Assembly (NCBI GenBank): GCA_958296135.2
Contig: CATQHZ020000001.1
Span: forward strand, 4,704,001-4,768,000
DNA from: an uncultured Poribacteria bacterium
GTDB taxonomy: Bacteria; Poribacteria; WGA-4E; WGA-3G
Reading direction: 5' to 3'
DNA length: 64,000 nucleotides
The position numbers and the translations under genes were made by a program. Shown here in pieces: positions 48,880-59,953 of this stretch. Within the stretch, counting starts at the first letter, position 1; the number at the start of each line of letters is the position of its first letter. Under the pieces are notes generated by a model. The model saw nothing but the letters and a program-made list of their open reading frames with translations. It was not told the DNA's origin and did not search any database.

Positions 48880-50490
48880 TCAATACCCAACCGCACAACC
48901 GTCTCGCCTCGGGTCGGAGCCGGCGATGAGGGTGTTGCATTGCGGATGCACGAAAATCGCTTGCCCGCCGCCAAAAAAGGAACCTCCAGGAACGATGTGT
49001 TGCCCCCGCTGCGCCAACGCCGCCTGCACACTCATCGGCATGCCCGCCTCCAGCATGATGCGCGAGTCATCTAACACCCGAAACCGAGGTGCTTCCAGGG
49101 CAGTCTGGATATCCATGTTAAACTCGACGAGGTTGCACACCAATTGCAAATGCCCCTGCGTTTGCATCTGGCCGCCCATCACGCCGAAAGCGACTAACGG
49201 CACGCCATCTTGCGCAATCATGCCGGGGATGATGGTATGCAGCGTCCGTTTATGCGGCGCGATGCAGTTCGCAAGGTTCGCATCAAGCGAAAAGCCCGCA
49301 CCCCGGTTCTGCAACATAATACCGGTATCTCCGGCAACTAACCCGGAACCGAAGCCTGCAAAAAGGCTATTAATGAAGGACACCACGTTTCGCTCACTGT
49401 CCACCGCGCAGAGATAAACGGTATCACTCCCTATCGGCGGCGCGCCGGCAGTCGGTGCCACGTTTGCGCGTTCGGCTGAAATGCGCGCACGTTGCCGCGC
49501 CGTGTATTCATCGGAGAGGAGCCCATCAACAGGCACATCTACAAACCTCGGGTCTGTCACGTACTCATACAAATCGGCGAATCCCAATTTCATCGCCTCA
49601 ATGGCGTGGTGGAGATGTTCCGGGCTGTTGTGTCCCATTGCAGCGATGTCAAACCCTTCCACGATATTGAGCGCGAGGAGGGCAGCGATACCTTGTCCGT
49701 TCGGCGGAATTTCGTAGACATCGTAACCGCGGTAATTCGCGGAGATAGGTTCCACCCAATCCGAACCGTGGTCTGCAAAATCCTGCATCGTGAAGAGCCC
49801 GCCGTTTTCATCGGAGAACTTCACAATCTTCTCGGCAATCTCGCCGCGGTAGAAGGCATCTCTGCCGCCTTCCGCGATGAGGCGAAACGTGCGCGCGAGG
49901 TGCGGTATGCGAAAGATTTCGCCCGGGGCAGGCGCGCGTCCATCGTTAAGGTAGGTGCGCGCTGAATCGGGGCATCGCGATAACAGGCCCGCGCCCCCTT
50001 GCCATGCAAGCCCAATCTGTGGACTGACCGGAAATCCGTTTTCCGCGTAGTCAATCGCAGGCTGAAGCACCTCCGCCAACGTCATCGTCCCGCATGCATC
50101 CAGCAGCGTCGCCCATCCATCAATCGTGCCAGGCACCGTGACAGGATACATACTGCCGGTGGCAGGGATGCTAGTGAGCCCTTGCTGGGTAAAGAATTCA
50201 AGTTCGGCGGCGTAAGGCGCCCTGCCGCTTGCATTCAAGCCGCGGATGCGTCCTGCTCCCGGCTGATAAACCAGCATGAAGGCATCTCCGCCGATGCCTG
50301 TTGACATCGGTTCAACGACGTTGAGTATCGCGGCGGTAGCGACAGCAGCATCGATTGCGTTACCGCCCTCGCGCAAAATCTGCAGTCCGCCTTGTGCGGC
50401 GAGCGGCTGACTCGTCGCAACTGCGCCGTGTTCGCATATCACGGCTGAGCGTCCCGGCCCGAATCGGTTCGGATGATATCCATCAAACAC
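48880..50490 (-). CDS. ggt: gamma-glutamyltransferase
   Basis: GGNAIDAA, GIGGDAF, SDTVYL (catalytic Thr), GVMGG.MQ.QG, GSDPRRDG. Confidence 0.95.
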   Translation of the reverse strand: MFDGYHPNRFGPGRSAVICEHGAVATSQPLAAQGGLQILREGGNAIDAAVATAAILNVVEPMSTGIGGDAFMLVYQPGAGRIRGLNASGRAPYAAELEFFTQQGLTSIPATGSMYPVTVPGTIDGWATLLDACGTMTLAEVLQPAIDYAENGFPVSPQIGLAWQGGAGLLSRCPDSARTYLNDGRAPAPGEIFRIPHLARTFRLIAEGGRDAFYRGEIAEKIVKFSDENGGLFTMQDFADHGSDWVEPISANYRGYDVYEIPPNGQGIAALLALNIVEGFDIAAMGHNSPEHLHHAIEAMKLGFADLYEYVTDPRFVDVPVDGLLSDEYTARQRARISAERANVAPTAGAPPIGSDTVYLCAVDSERNVVSFINSLFAGFGSGLVAGDTGIMLQNRGAGFSLDANLANCIAPHKRTLHTIIPGMIAQDGVPLVAFGVMGGQMQTQGHLQLVCNLVEFNMDIQTALEAPRFRVLDDSRIMLEAGMPMSVQAALAQRGQHIVPGGSFFGGGQAIFVHPQCNTLIAGSDPRRDGCAVGY

Positions 50491-50612
50491 GCTGTTTCTC
50501 CTATTCCAATCTGTTTAGTATAAGTCTAACACAATCTGCTTTTTTTGTCAAATTTTCATGTTGATTTTCATCGGTGACATCGAAAACGGAAAACTAAATC
50601 GCTCTGGCGCGC

Positions 50613-50641
50613 TTGACATCTTCACCGCGATGCTATATAAT
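50613..50641 (+). promoter_or_regulatory. perfect consensus sigma70 promoter of lpdA
   Basis: TTGACA-17bp-TATAAT. Confidence 0.8.
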
Positions 50642-50671
50642 AAAACCTAACTTCACCAAACAGGAGCAACT

Positions 50672-52093
50672 ATGTCTACGTATGACGTTGGAATTATCGG
50701 CGGGGGGCCGGGCGGTTATGTCGCCGCTATCAAAGCCGCACAAATGGGTGCCCAAGTCTGCCTCATCGAAAAAGGGGCCTGGGGCGGCACGTGCCTCCAT
50801 CGGGGATGCATTCCAACGAAAACCCTCTTTTCTGTCGCCACACTCGCTACGCACATGCAAGATGCCGCCGAACTGGGGATACAAACGCGCGACACGGCAA
50901 TTGATTACACGCAAGTTCTCGCACACAAGGAATCTGTCGTCCAGCGGTTGACAGGGGGCATCGCGCAGCTGCTGAAAGGCAACGGCGTTCACACGCTTAA
51001 CGGCACCGCCGCCCTCACCGACAAAAACAGGATTGCTGTCCTGAAACCCGATGGCACAACCGAGCAGGTGCATGCCAAAAACGTCATCATCGCCACCGGT
51101 TCTGAACCTGCCGAGCCGCCTCTCTTTGAAATTGACGAAACTCAGGTATTGACAACGACAGGTATCCTGAACCTTACCGAGCTCCCTGAAAGCCTCATTA
51201 TCGTCGGGGGCGGCATTTCGGGATGCGAGTTCGCCTCGATTTTTAACGCGCTTGGTTGCAGCGTTACCGTGCTGGAACTCCTCCCCACCCTTTTGGCGAC
51301 TGAAGACGTGCAAGTCATCCGCCACATCCAACGCTTTATGAAGCAGAAAGGCATCCACAGCCACACGGGCGCAAAAGTGACGCACGTCAAAAAATCAGAG
51401 ACGCACGTTACCGCAACGCTTGAATCTGGCGAAGAATTAACAGCGGAAAAAATGCTCATCTCGACCGGACGGCGTTTCAATACGGAAGGCATCGGTTTGG
51501 AAAAAGTCGGCGTGCGGACAGACAAGGGCAAAATTCGCGTCAACTCGCGGATGCAGACAAACATTCCGGGCATATATGCCATCGGTGATGTTGCGAGTCG
51601 CTATCTGTTGGCGCACGTCGCTTCCGCAGAGGGAAAGGTGGCAGCACAAAACTGCTTGGTGGCAACCGCAACGATGCCCCCTACTATGGCCCCTACTATG
51701 GCCCCTACTATGGACTACCAGGTTATCCCTTGGTGCATTTTCACCTTACCCGAAATTGGGCACGTCGGCATGACAGAAAAGGAGGCGACAGACGAGGGAT
51801 ATGAAGTCAAAGTCGGCAGGTTTCCCTACGCCGCCAACGGCATAGCTCTGGGGATGCGCGAGACAGACGGCTTTGTCAAAACCGTCGCCGATGCAGAGAG
51901 CGGCGACATTCTCGGCGTGCATATCGTCGGCGCACATGCTTCAACGCTTATCCATGAGGCCGCGGTCGCGATTCGCGCGGGTGCCGCTGCGATGGACATC
52001 GCGCACACCGTCCACGCGCATCCCACGCTCTCGGAGATGGTGATGGAATCGGCGGAGGCGGCGTATGGTAAGGCGATTCATAGTTTGTCATAA
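50672..52093 (+). CDS. lpdA: dihydrolipoyl dehydrogenase
   Basis: GGGPGGY, GGTCLHRGCIPTK, HAHPTLSE. Confidence 0.95.
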   Translation: MSTYDVGIIGGGPGGYVAAIKAAQMGAQVCLIEKGAWGGTCLHRGCIPTKTLFSVATLATHMQDAAELGIQTRDTAIDYTQVLAHKESVVQRLTGGIAQLLKGNGVHTLNGTAALTDKNRIAVLKPDGTTEQVHAKNVIIATGSEPAEPPLFEIDETQVLTTTGILNLTELPESLIIVGGGISGCEFASIFNALGCSVTVLELLPTLLATEDVQVIRHIQRFMKQKGIHSHTGAKVTHVKKSETHVTATLESGEELTAEKMLISTGRRFNTEGIGLEKVGVRTDKGKIRVNSRMQTNIPGIYAIGDVASRYLLAHVASAEGKVAAQNCLVATATMPPTMAPTMAPTMDYQVIPWCIFTLPEIGHVGMTEKEATDEGYEVKVGRFPYAANGIALGMRETDGFVKTVADAESGDILGVHIVGAHASTLIHEAAVAIRAGAAAMDIAHTVHAHPTLSEMVMESAEAAYGKAIHSLS

Positions 52094-52127
52094 ACACGCC
52101 TACCAGGGTTGTGCTGCGTCCGTTCTG

Positions 52128-53042
52128 TTAAAAACGAACTGCTTCTTGCAATGCCGCATACCGCGCCGATATATCGGAAAACTGCACGCTCGTCTGCCGA
52201 TTGATGCTAAAATCTTCAATGTTAAACGAGGCCACAACGGTGCCGTATATTATCGCACGGCGGACAGCTGCCTCTGACGTATCGTCGAGAGCGGCGAGGT
52301 AGCCGATGAGCGCGCCAGCAAAACTATCGCCTGCACCCGTCGCATCGGTGACATGCATGAGCGGATACGCGGGCGCGCTGAAGAAGGAAGACTCCGTGAC
52401 GCTAATCGCGCCGTGCTCGCCTTTCTTGACAATAACCCGATGCGGGCCGTAGCGCAGCATCGCGCGGGCGGCGCGCACAACATTAGCATCCCCCGTAAAC
52501 AGACACGCTTCACTATCGTTCAAAATGAGGATATCCACCTCCGCTAACGTCGCCTCTAACGCCGCTCTCTCCGTGTTAATCCAGATATCCATCGTATCAC
52601 ACATCACCAATTTCGGATGCGATGTCTGTGTAATGGCATCAAGCTGCAACTGCGGCGGATTGTTCGCGAGAAAGAGATAGGGGGCATCCGTATCAACGTT
52701 ATCTAAATTAGGTTGCACTTCGGCGACGACGTTCAAATCGGTAAAGAGCGTCTCGCGCACGTTGAAGTCTTCGGCATATTTACCGCCCCATTGGAACGTC
52801 TTGCCGTTTTCAACCCGCGTTAGCGCGCCAAGGTCGATGCCGAAATTTTCAAGCTGCTTTGCATACGCCGGTGGGAAATCGGCACCGACGACTCCAACAA
52901 GTTGCACAGAGGGATGAAAAAAACTCGCGGCGACAGCAGCGTAGACACCGGAGCCGCCGAGCACCTCTTCAACACGTTTGCACGGCGTTTCTACGGTATC
53001 TAATGTGGCCGTGCCGCAGACGATAATTCCCATTGAATCCAT
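52128..53042 (-). CDS. PfkB family kinase (probable adenosine/nucleoside kinase)
   Basis: GGSG.YAA, VKKGEHG, DATGAGDSFAG; located downstream of metK-ahcY. Confidence 0.88.
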   Translation of the reverse strand: MDSMGIIVCGTATLDTVETPCKRVEEVLGGSGVYAAVAASFFHPSVQLVGVVGADFPPAYAKQLENFGIDLGALTRVENGKTFQWGGKYAEDFNVRETLFTDLNVVAEVQPNLDNVDTDAPYLFLANNPPQLQLDAITQTSHPKLVMCDTMDIWINTERAALEATLAEVDILILNDSEACLFTGDANVVRAARAMLRYGPHRVIVKKGEHGAISVTESSFFSAPAYPLMHVTDATGAGDSFAGALIGYLAALDDTSEAAVRRAIIYGTVVASFNIEDFSINRQTSVQFSDISARYAALQEAVRF

Positions 53043-53213
53043 CCATTCCAGGCCTGACGCAAATGCCTAAAGCCCGCCTACGCGGTTTGTGCTGCGTCAG
53101 TCCTACTACATTCATTCATAAACACGCCTGCCCTAACAGACTCAAGCCTTTGAGAGCATCTGAGCTCAAACCGGTGAGGCTCAGGCGAGTCTGACTTACA
53201 AGGAAGCGTGACA

Positions 53214-53444
53214 TCAAAAGGGCCCAGGACGGTTCTTGTTATCCCGCATTGCCCGGATAACCCGGCGCAGGCGGCGCACAAAAATGACGCTGAGCACAAT
53301 AATGATTGGATACTGCACGAACCCGAGCACCTCCAACAGCGTCGGCGAGAGGGTAAGATGCCCATTATTTGCCATCCAGATTGGCAGCAATAGCAACGCC
53401 GACACGAGGATGATGATGCCTTCCCAGATTTCTGATTTTTTCAT
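53214..53444 (-). CDS. small two-TM membrane protein
   Basis: GGAGG RBS, two hydrophobic helices and a basic tail. Confidence 0.7.
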   Translation of the reverse strand: MKKSEIWEGIIILVSALLLLPIWMANNGHLTLSPTLLEVLGFVQYPIIIVLSVIFVRRLRRVIRAMRDNKNRPGPF

Positions 53445-53620
53445 GAAATTTCCTCCGCATGTGGCATCCGAACCGGCAGATAGAGACATCCGCCCTTACA
53501 ATGCAGACACGGCGAATGGACGCATGGACACTTATACCCAGCCGCCACAGAACACAGCGGAACGGGTGAATGCGGCTATGGAAGTCCCCACCCTCACCAG
53601 AACATGACGCAAGGCGCGCC

Positions 53621-54883
53621 TTAGGTGCCCATCTCCCACGAATTGAGGTATTTCTCCTGCGCCGCGGTGAGGGTGTCAATCTCAACGCCGAACGCTCCCA
53701 ATTTCAAGCGCGCCACGGTGTCGTCAATAGCGGCGGGCACATCGTAAACCCCTTTGCCAAAGGTATCCCGGTTTTTAGCGATGTGCTCAACCGACAAGGC
53801 TTGCGTGGCGAAACTCATATCCATCACACTTGCAGGATGCCCCTCGGCGGCGGCTAAGTTCACTAGCCTTCCTTCACCGACGAGGAAAAGCTTCCTACCG
53901 TCTGCTAGGGTGTATGCCTCCACAAATTCGCGGGCATCGTCTTTCGCGACGCTCAGTTCTTCCAGCGCGGGAATATCAATCTCAACGTTAAAGTGGCCGG
54001 AATTCGCGATGAGCGCGCCGTCCTTCATCACCTCAAAATGTTCCTTGCGCAGCACATGAATATCGCCGGTTAAGGTAATCACCAGGTCTGCCTCTTGCAC
54101 CGCCGTTTGCATCGGCATGACACGGAAGCCGTCCATGATAGCCTCCAATGCCTTCAAGGCAATAACTTCGGTGACGATAACGTTCGCGCCTAAACCGCGG
54201 GCGCGGCTCGCGACACCTCTGCCGCACCAACCATATCCGGCGACGACAATCGTCGTTCCCGCAAGGAGGAGGTTTGTCGCGCGGATAATCCCATCTAGTG
54301 TGCTTTGCCCGGTGCCGTATCGGTTATCAAAAAAATGCTTGGTTTGTGCATCGTTGACAGCGATGATGGGGTATTTCAGCACGCCTTCCGCCGCCATGCT
54401 CTTGAGCCGAATCACCCCGGTCGTCGTCTCTTCCGTGCCAGCGACTACCTGTTCAACTAACGCCGGGTTCGTCTCTTCCGAGTGAAGTCGGGATACCAGG
54501 TCTGCGCCATCATCCATCGTAATCGTGGGTTGCAGCGCGAGGGTGGCATCAATGTGTTGATAGTAAGTCTCGGTATCTTCGCCGTTAATAGCGAAAACGC
54601 CAATCTGCTCGTCAACAACGAGGGATGCGGCGACATCGTCCTGTGTGCTGAGCGGATTGGAAGCACAGAGTGCCACCTCGGCACCGCCTGCCTTCAGCGT
54701 CTTCATCAGATTCGCCGTTTCAGTTGTGACATGTAAACATGCCGCAACCGTGAATCCATCAAGCGGACGTTCCTCTTCAAATCGCGCGCGGATGGATGCC
54801 AGAACCGGCATGAACCGGTTTGCCCAGTCAATGCGTTGTTTGCCGGTGGGTGCCAATTCTGTAGTTTTAATGTCGTAGTTCAT
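53621..54883 (-). CDS. ahcY: adenosylhomocysteinase
   Basis: [42 protein letters not shown]. Confidence 0.97.
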   Translation of the reverse strand: MNYDIKTTELAPTGKQRIDWANRFMPVLASIRARFEEERPLDGFTVAACLHVTTETANLMKTLKAGGAEVALCASNPLSTQDDVAASLVVDEQIGVFAINGEDTETYYQHIDATLALQPTITMDDGADLVSRLHSEETNPALVEQVVAGTEETTTGVIRLKSMAAEGVLKYPIIAVNDAQTKHFFDNRYGTGQSTLDGIIRATNLLLAGTTIVVAGYGWCGRGVASRARGLGANVIVTEVIALKALEAIMDGFRVMPMQTAVQEADLVITLTGDIHVLRKEHFEVMKDGALIANSGHFNVEIDIPALEELSVAKDDAREFVEAYTLADGRKLFLVGEGRLVNLAAAEGHPASVMDMSFATQALSVEHIAKNRDTFGKGVYDVPAAIDDTVARLKLGAFGVEIDTLTAAQEKYLNSWEMGT

Positions 54884-55001
54884 CAATTCTCCGTCAGTGC
54901 GCGGCTGCGAACCGCGCTGACAAGTCAAGCGGGGCCTATTGAACAGGCAGGACGCAACATCCTGAGACCGGCATTCGGTAGGAGTTTGTTCTGCTTAGTT
55001 C

Positions 55002-56132
55002 CTATTGAAGTTTTTCGGCGTAATCGGTTTTCTCCCACGTGAACCCCGGTTCCTCGCGCCCGAAATGGCCGTATGCCGCCGTGTTCCGATAGATAGGCTG
55101 CCGCAGTTGCAAGCGTTCAATAATGCCGCCCGGCGTTAAATCGAAGTGCGTGTTGACAAGCTCGGTGAGTACCTCGTCCTCACCCGTGCCGAACGTATCC
55201 ACCATCACCGAGACAGGCTCTTTCCTACCGATGGCGTAAGAGAGCTGAATCTCACACCGTTCCGCGAGGCCTGCAGCGACGAGATTCTTCGCGACGTGGC
55301 GTGCGGCGTACGTCGCGCTCCGGTCGACTTTCGTCGGGTCCTTGCCAGAAAGAGCACCACCGCCGTGCCGTCCCATGCCGCCGTAGGTATCAACGATGAT
55401 TTTTCTTCCCGTTAACCCTGCATCTCCCTGCGGTCCGCCTGTGACGAAGCGCCCCGTCGGGTTGATATGATATTGCACGTCGGGCGCGAGGAGATTTTCA
55501 GGGATAATCTTTTTGATAACCTCTTCGATGAGTGCCTCCCGCAACTTCGCATCGTCAACATCGGGATGGTGTTGCGCGACAACAACAACCGTCGTAACAG
55601 CTTTGGGTTGACTCTCAACGTATTCAACGGTTACCTGTGATTTTCCATCGGGGCGGATAAAATCGAGAATGCCCTCTTTGCGCACCTGTGCCAAGCGGCG
55701 CGTCAACTGGTGCGCGAGCATAATGGGCAGCGGCATGAGCACCGGCGTTTCGGTGCATGCGTATCCGAACATGATGCCCTGGTCGCCCGCGCCGCCGGGG
55801 TTCACGCCCATCGCAATGTCAGGCGACTGCTTATCAATGAGGCTGAGGATGGCACTGTGCTCGGCATCAAAGCCGTAGGCGATATCCGTGTAGCCTATCT
55901 CCCGTAAGACTTCGCGGGCGATTTGCTGGACATCATAAGTGGCAGTTGTCGTGATTTCACCGGTAATGACAGCGAGTCCGGTTGTTACCAAAGTTTCACA
56001 AGCGACTCTGCCGAGCGGATCCGCTGAGAAGATTCTATCAAGCACCGCGTCAGAAATCTGATCAGCGATTTTATCGGGGTGTCCTTCGGTTACGGATTCG
56101 GACGTAAATAGGAAATTTTTACTCAATTCCAT
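55002..56132 (-). CDS. metK: S-adenosylmethionine synthetase
   Basis: [41 protein letters not shown]. Confidence 0.97.
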   Translation of the reverse strand: MELSKNFLFTSESVTEGHPDKIADQISDAVLDRIFSADPLGRVACETLVTTGLAVITGEITTTATYDVQQIAREVLREIGYTDIAYGFDAEHSAILSLIDKQSPDIAMGVNPGGAGDQGIMFGYACTETPVLMPLPIMLAHQLTRRLAQVRKEGILDFIRPDGKSQVTVEYVESQPKAVTTVVVVAQHHPDVDDAKLREALIEEVIKKIIPENLLAPDVQYHINPTGRFVTGGPQGDAGLTGRKIIVDTYGGMGRHGGGALSGKDPTKVDRSATYAARHVAKNLVAAGLAERCEIQLSYAIGRKEPVSVMVDTFGTGEDEVLTELVNTHFDLTPGGIIERLQLRQPIYRNTAAYGHFGREEPGFTWEKTDYAEKLQ

Positions 56133-56310
56133 TCTCCTAGTCTTTATGTCTGTGGCTTGGCGAGAGGCGAGGCAAAGCCCACCATACCCAATAAACGGTA
56201 TGTGCCTGCCTGCGTTGTCAGCAGCGCATTTTGGGGATAGCGAGGCCGGTAGGCGCGCTTTCATAGCGCGCCTACCGGTTGCGCGAGTCCTATCGGGTGC
56301 GGGCCGGCTG

Positions 56311-58815
56311 TTAATTCTCGGTGTTCTCAGCGTTGTCCGCCGCGTTCGATTTCCCCATCTCCTCTTTGAGCAAGGCACCCAGAGTGGTGACGGCTTCCTC
56401 ATGCACCTGTTTGGGGCGGCGAGGTTCGCGTCGTTGCCGGGGCCGGCGTTCGGGGCGCGGGAGCCGCGGCCGCGCTTCTTCAGGCTCAGCCCCACGTTCT
56501 TGTTCAGAGAGTGCGGCTTTCAAACTAAGGCCGATGCGCCGGTCTTCCGGGGAGAGGTTGATCACCTTCAAATCCAACTCTTGGCCGAGGGAGACAACAT
56601 CGTCCGGTTTTTCGATACGCCGATCGGCGAGCTCGGAGATGTGAATCAACCCTTCAATTCCCTCCTCCAGTTTGGTAAACGCGCCAAAACTGGTGAGATT
56701 GACAATCCGCCCCCGCACGATGGAGCCAACTTTATACTTTTCTGGCACTTCTGACCAGGGGTCCGGTTGCGTCTGCTTGAGTCCGAGTGAAACGCGCCGT
56801 TCCTCCGGGTCGACATGCAGCACGACTACCTCAATATCCTTGCCTTCCTTCAGTTCCTGGTTGGCACTGCCGCGCTTCGTCCAGGAAAGATCGGACGTGT
56901 GGATGAGTCCATCGATGCCATCTTCAATTTCCACAAACGCGCCGAACGCCGTCAGGTTCCGGATACGTCCCGTGACTTTCGTGCCAGGCGGGTACTTCTC
57001 CGCTAGGACTTCCCACGGATTCTGCTGCAACTGCTTGAGCCCAAGGGAGATGCGCTTGTCGTCGCGTGAAATCTCCAGAACGAGTGCCTCAATCTCCTGC
57101 CCTTTGCTGACAATGCGCGAGGGGGCAACGTTGCGGCGGGTCCACGCCATCTCGGAGACGTGAATGAGGCCCTCAACGCCTTCCTCTAATTGCAGGAACG
57201 CACCGTAGTTGACGATATTGACGACGGTGCCTCGGACAGTTGAACCGACCGGATATTTCTCTGCCACATTCTCCCAGGGATCGGGTGTCTGCTGTTTCAA
57301 TCCGAGGGAGATTTTCTCGTTCTCCTTGCCGATACCGAGGACGATAACTTCCACTTCCTGCCCCGGCGTGACAACTTCAGAGGGATGATGGATGCGCCGC
57401 CAAGACATATCTGTCTTGTGGAGCAAGCCGTCTACACCGCCCAGATCGACGAACGCGCCAAAGGCCGTGATATTCTTCACCACGCCGGAGACCCGCTGCC
57501 CAACTTCCAGACGCTCCAGCACCTCCGCCCTCTGCCGCGCTATTTCGGCTTCCAGCCACGAGCGCCGCGACAAGACGATGTTGTTCCGCCGCTTGCTCAG
57601 GCTGATAACCTTCATCGGGAAGGTCTGCCCGACATACCGTTCCAGATTTTGAATAGGACGCATTTCAACCTGTGACGCAGGCAGAAAGCCGCGCAGAGAG
57701 CCAACGCTGACGCGCAGTCCACCCTTAATCCGCTCGGTAATCCGGCCGTCTACTGGCCCGCCGCTCTCGTGAGCGGTGGCAATCTCATCCCAAATGAGCG
57801 TCTCGTCGGCGATTTTCTTGGAGAGGACTATCTGTCCCTCCGCGTCTTCGCGCCGAACAATGAAGACATCAATTACGTCGCCGACTTTGACAGGCGGCGC
57901 ATCGTTCCGGGCACCGCCGAACTCCGATGCTGTGATATAGCCCTCCGACTTGAACCCAATGTCGATCATCACCTCATCGCGGCTGACCTCAACGACGGTG
58001 CCTTTAACGATTTCGCCATCGGTAAACGTCTTGATCGAATTATCATACGCTTCTTCAAGCGCTTCCGGGCTCATGGGCTCCGGCGGTTCTTCCGGTGCCG
58101 CGGCAGCCACTGCATCATCGGCAGGTGCCGCTTCTTCTGTCAAGGGCACTGCGTCCGGATCCGTCTCCGTGACTGCCACTGCCGCCGCGTCAGCAGGGGC
58201 CGGCTCATCGGTGAGTGGCACTGCGTCCGGATCCGTCTCCGTGACTGCCACTGCCGCCGCGTCGGCGGGGGCCGGTTCATCGGTGAGTGGCACCGCGTCC
58301 GGATCCGTCTCCGTGACTGCCACTGCCGCCGTGTCGGCGGGGGCCGGCTCATCGGTGAGTGGCACCGCGTCCGGATCCGTCTCCGTGACTGCCACTGCCG
58401 CCGTGTCGGCGGGGGCCGGTTCATCGGTGAGTGGCACCGCGTCCGGATCCGTCTCCGTGACTGCCACTGCCGCCGTGTCGGCGGGGGCCGGTTCATCGGT
58501 GAGTGGCACCGCGTCCGCAGCTGTCTCTGTCACTTCCACAGCGTCGGTTGCGGTTTCCGCTTCCATCTCGTTCACTTCTTGTTCCGATACCGCCGCTTCT
58601 GCGACAACTTCCGTCGTATCGCCAGGGGGTTCCTCGGTTGATTCCGCCGCCTCAACGGTGATTTCCGCGTCACCGCTATTGATGGCTTCCTCATGCACCT
58701 CAATGTCCGCCTCGGGCACGACATCGGGTGTCTCTGTCTCGTTCACCGCTTCCGGGTGATTCTGTTTTTCCACCTCAACGGTGGAGGCATTCGTAGTTGC
58801 CTGTTCGTTGTTCAT
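56311..58815 (-). CDS. rpsA: 30S ribosomal protein S1 with long acidic N-terminal extension
   Basis: Six S1 domains ([32 protein letters not shown]) starting after about 250 aa. Confidence 0.95.
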   Translation of the reverse strand: MNNEQATTNASTVEVEKQNHPEAVNETETPDVVPEADIEVHEEAINSGDAEITVEAAESTEEPPGDTTEVVAEAAVSEQEVNEMEAETATDAVEVTETAADAVPLTDEPAPADTAAVAVTETDPDAVPLTDEPAPADTAAVAVTETDPDAVPLTDEPAPADTAAVAVTETDPDAVPLTDEPAPADAAAVAVTETDPDAVPLTDEPAPADAAAVAVTETDPDAVPLTEEAAPADDAVAAAAPEEPPEPMSPEALEEAYDNSIKTFTDGEIVKGTVVEVSRDEVMIDIGFKSEGYITASEFGGARNDAPPVKVGDVIDVFIVRREDAEGQIVLSKKIADETLIWDEIATAHESGGPVDGRITERIKGGLRVSVGSLRGFLPASQVEMRPIQNLERYVGQTFPMKVISLSKRRNNIVLSRRSWLEAEIARQRAEVLERLEVGQRVSGVVKNITAFGAFVDLGGVDGLLHKTDMSWRRIHHPSEVVTPGQEVEVIVLGIGKENEKISLGLKQQTPDPWENVAEKYPVGSTVRGTVVNIVNYGAFLQLEEGVEGLIHVSEMAWTRRNVAPSRIVSKGQEIEALVLEISRDDKRISLGLKQLQQNPWEVLAEKYPPGTKVTGRIRNLTAFGAFVEIEDGIDGLIHTSDLSWTKRGSANQELKEGKDIEVVVLHVDPEERRVSLGLKQTQPDPWSEVPEKYKVGSIVRGRIVNLTSFGAFTKLEEGIEGLIHISELADRRIEKPDDVVSLGQELDLKVINLSPEDRRIGLSLKAALSEQERGAEPEEARPRLPRPERRPRQRREPRRPKQVHEEAVTTLGALLKEEMGKSNAADNAENTEN
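58115..58517. repeat. 72-bp in-frame tandem repeat (about 5.5 copies) within rpsA
   Basis: ggcac recurs at 58145, 58217, 58289, 58361, 58433 and 58505; unit encodes [24 protein letters not shown]. Confidence 0.95.
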
Positions 58816-58973
58816 TCAGTAAGATACCTGGTCCAGTCAAAAACGCACTTCCGCGTTAATTCGCCAGTTCCTCCTTCATATTCAAAGTACCTTTTGGCAC
58901 TTTGCAAATCGGTTATGAATAGTATAACATAAATATGCAAAGAAAAGCAAGAAGAATTTTTTTTTTTAATGGC

Positions 58974-59002
58974 TTGACTTTTTTCTCGATTTAAGATAGA
59001 AT
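58974..59002 (+). promoter_or_regulatory. sigma70 promoter of the STAS/anti-sigma pair
   Basis: TTGACT-17bp-TAGAAT. Confidence 0.6.
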
Positions 59003-59046
59003 GTGAATCAATCGTTCTCATTTTTCAACTACATAAGGTGAATTCT

Positions 59047-59391
59047 ATGTCTTCAACTGAATTGATGACGCTCCGGGAGAACGCCGATATCAAAATTATT
59101 GAGATAAAGACAGACTTGAGTAGTTATGCCGCATCGGATTTGCGGAAGATGCTGGAGTCACTCTTGTCACAAAAAATCGAGAAAGTTGTCGTGAACCTGA
59201 GCGAAGTGAACCATATCAACAGCACGGCGGTAGGCGCGCTCGTGGGGGTAGCCAAACGGCTCCGTCAAACCGGCGGCGACCTGAAAATTTGCGCCCTCGC
59301 CGATAATTTAACGCGAACCTTTAATCTGATAGGCGCGTCCAGCGTCGTCGAAATTTACGAATCCGAAGAGAGTGCCATCGCCGCATTCTAG
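59047..59391 (+). CDS. STAS domain anti-sigma factor antagonist (RsbV/SpoIIAA-like)
   Basis: VVVNLSEVNHINSTAVGALV...GGDLKI. Confidence 0.9.
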   Translation: MSSTELMTLRENADIKIIEIKTDLSSYAASDLRKMLESLLSQKIEKVVVNLSEVNHINSTAVGALVGVAKRLRQTGGDLKICALADNLTRTFNLIGASSVVEIYESEESAIAAF

Positions 59392-59509
59392 GCCAAAATC
59401 AGTCAGTCAGTCAGGAGATTTTGCCGTGCTCGGGCTCGCCCGAGCCCGATGACAGAAGCCCATTTGGTACCGTTCAGTGACGTTACATCACAAAGTAGAA
59501 ACTTAGCAC

Positions 59510-59953
59510 ATGGAGAAAGCACACATTGAGCTCAAGATTCCGAGTGACGTTTCTTACGTAGACCCGGTTCGGGCACTCGTGGGGAAATTGGCGGAACGTC
59601 TGGAGTTTTCCCGAAAACGCGGCGCGGATATCCAACTCGTCCTTGATGAAATCTGCACCAATGCCATCAACCACGGTTCTGCGCATACCACGGATGGCAT
59701 TGATTTGCGCATCGATGTTGACGCGAACAGCCTTGAGATTCTTGTCCGGGATACAGGGAGAAAGGATGCACAGAAAGATGGGTGGATAACGCCGGCAAGG
59801 CTCTCGGAAATTGAGGCGAACCGTTCGCCATGCAGTGAAGGCGGGCACGGTATTTTCCTCGTGAACTCCCTCGCCGATGTCCACGAAATGGCGCGCAACG
59901 CTGCCGGTGGCACGGATGTCCGCGTCATTTTTTATCGCAAGTTGGAAGATTAG
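59510..59953 (+). CDS. anti-sigma factor / Ser kinase (RsbW-like)
   Basis: LVLDEICTNAINHG, VRDTG, GGHGIFLV..LAD. Confidence 0.9.
   Translation: MEKAHIELKIPSDVSYVDPVRALVGKLAERLEFSRKRGADIQLVLDEICTNAINHGSAHTTDGIDLRIDVDANSLEILVRDTGRKDAQKDGWITPARLSEIEANRSPCSEGGHGIFLVNSLADVHEMARNAAGGTDVRVIFYRKLED

Noticed and set aside
54884-56245. SAM or SAH riboswitch upstream of metK or ahcY
   Set aside because: No SAM-I (ATC..AGAG/GCAAC) or SAH (GAGGAGCGCTGC..AGGCTC) consensus is visible in either upstream region.
57769-58759. Long plus-strand ORFs (290 and 269 aa)
   Set aside because: Antisense shadows of the rpsA repeat region.
59430-59449. 9-bp inverted repeat between STAS and RsbW as a terminator
   Set aside because: Only 2 nt between the arms, no U-tract, and no supportable function.
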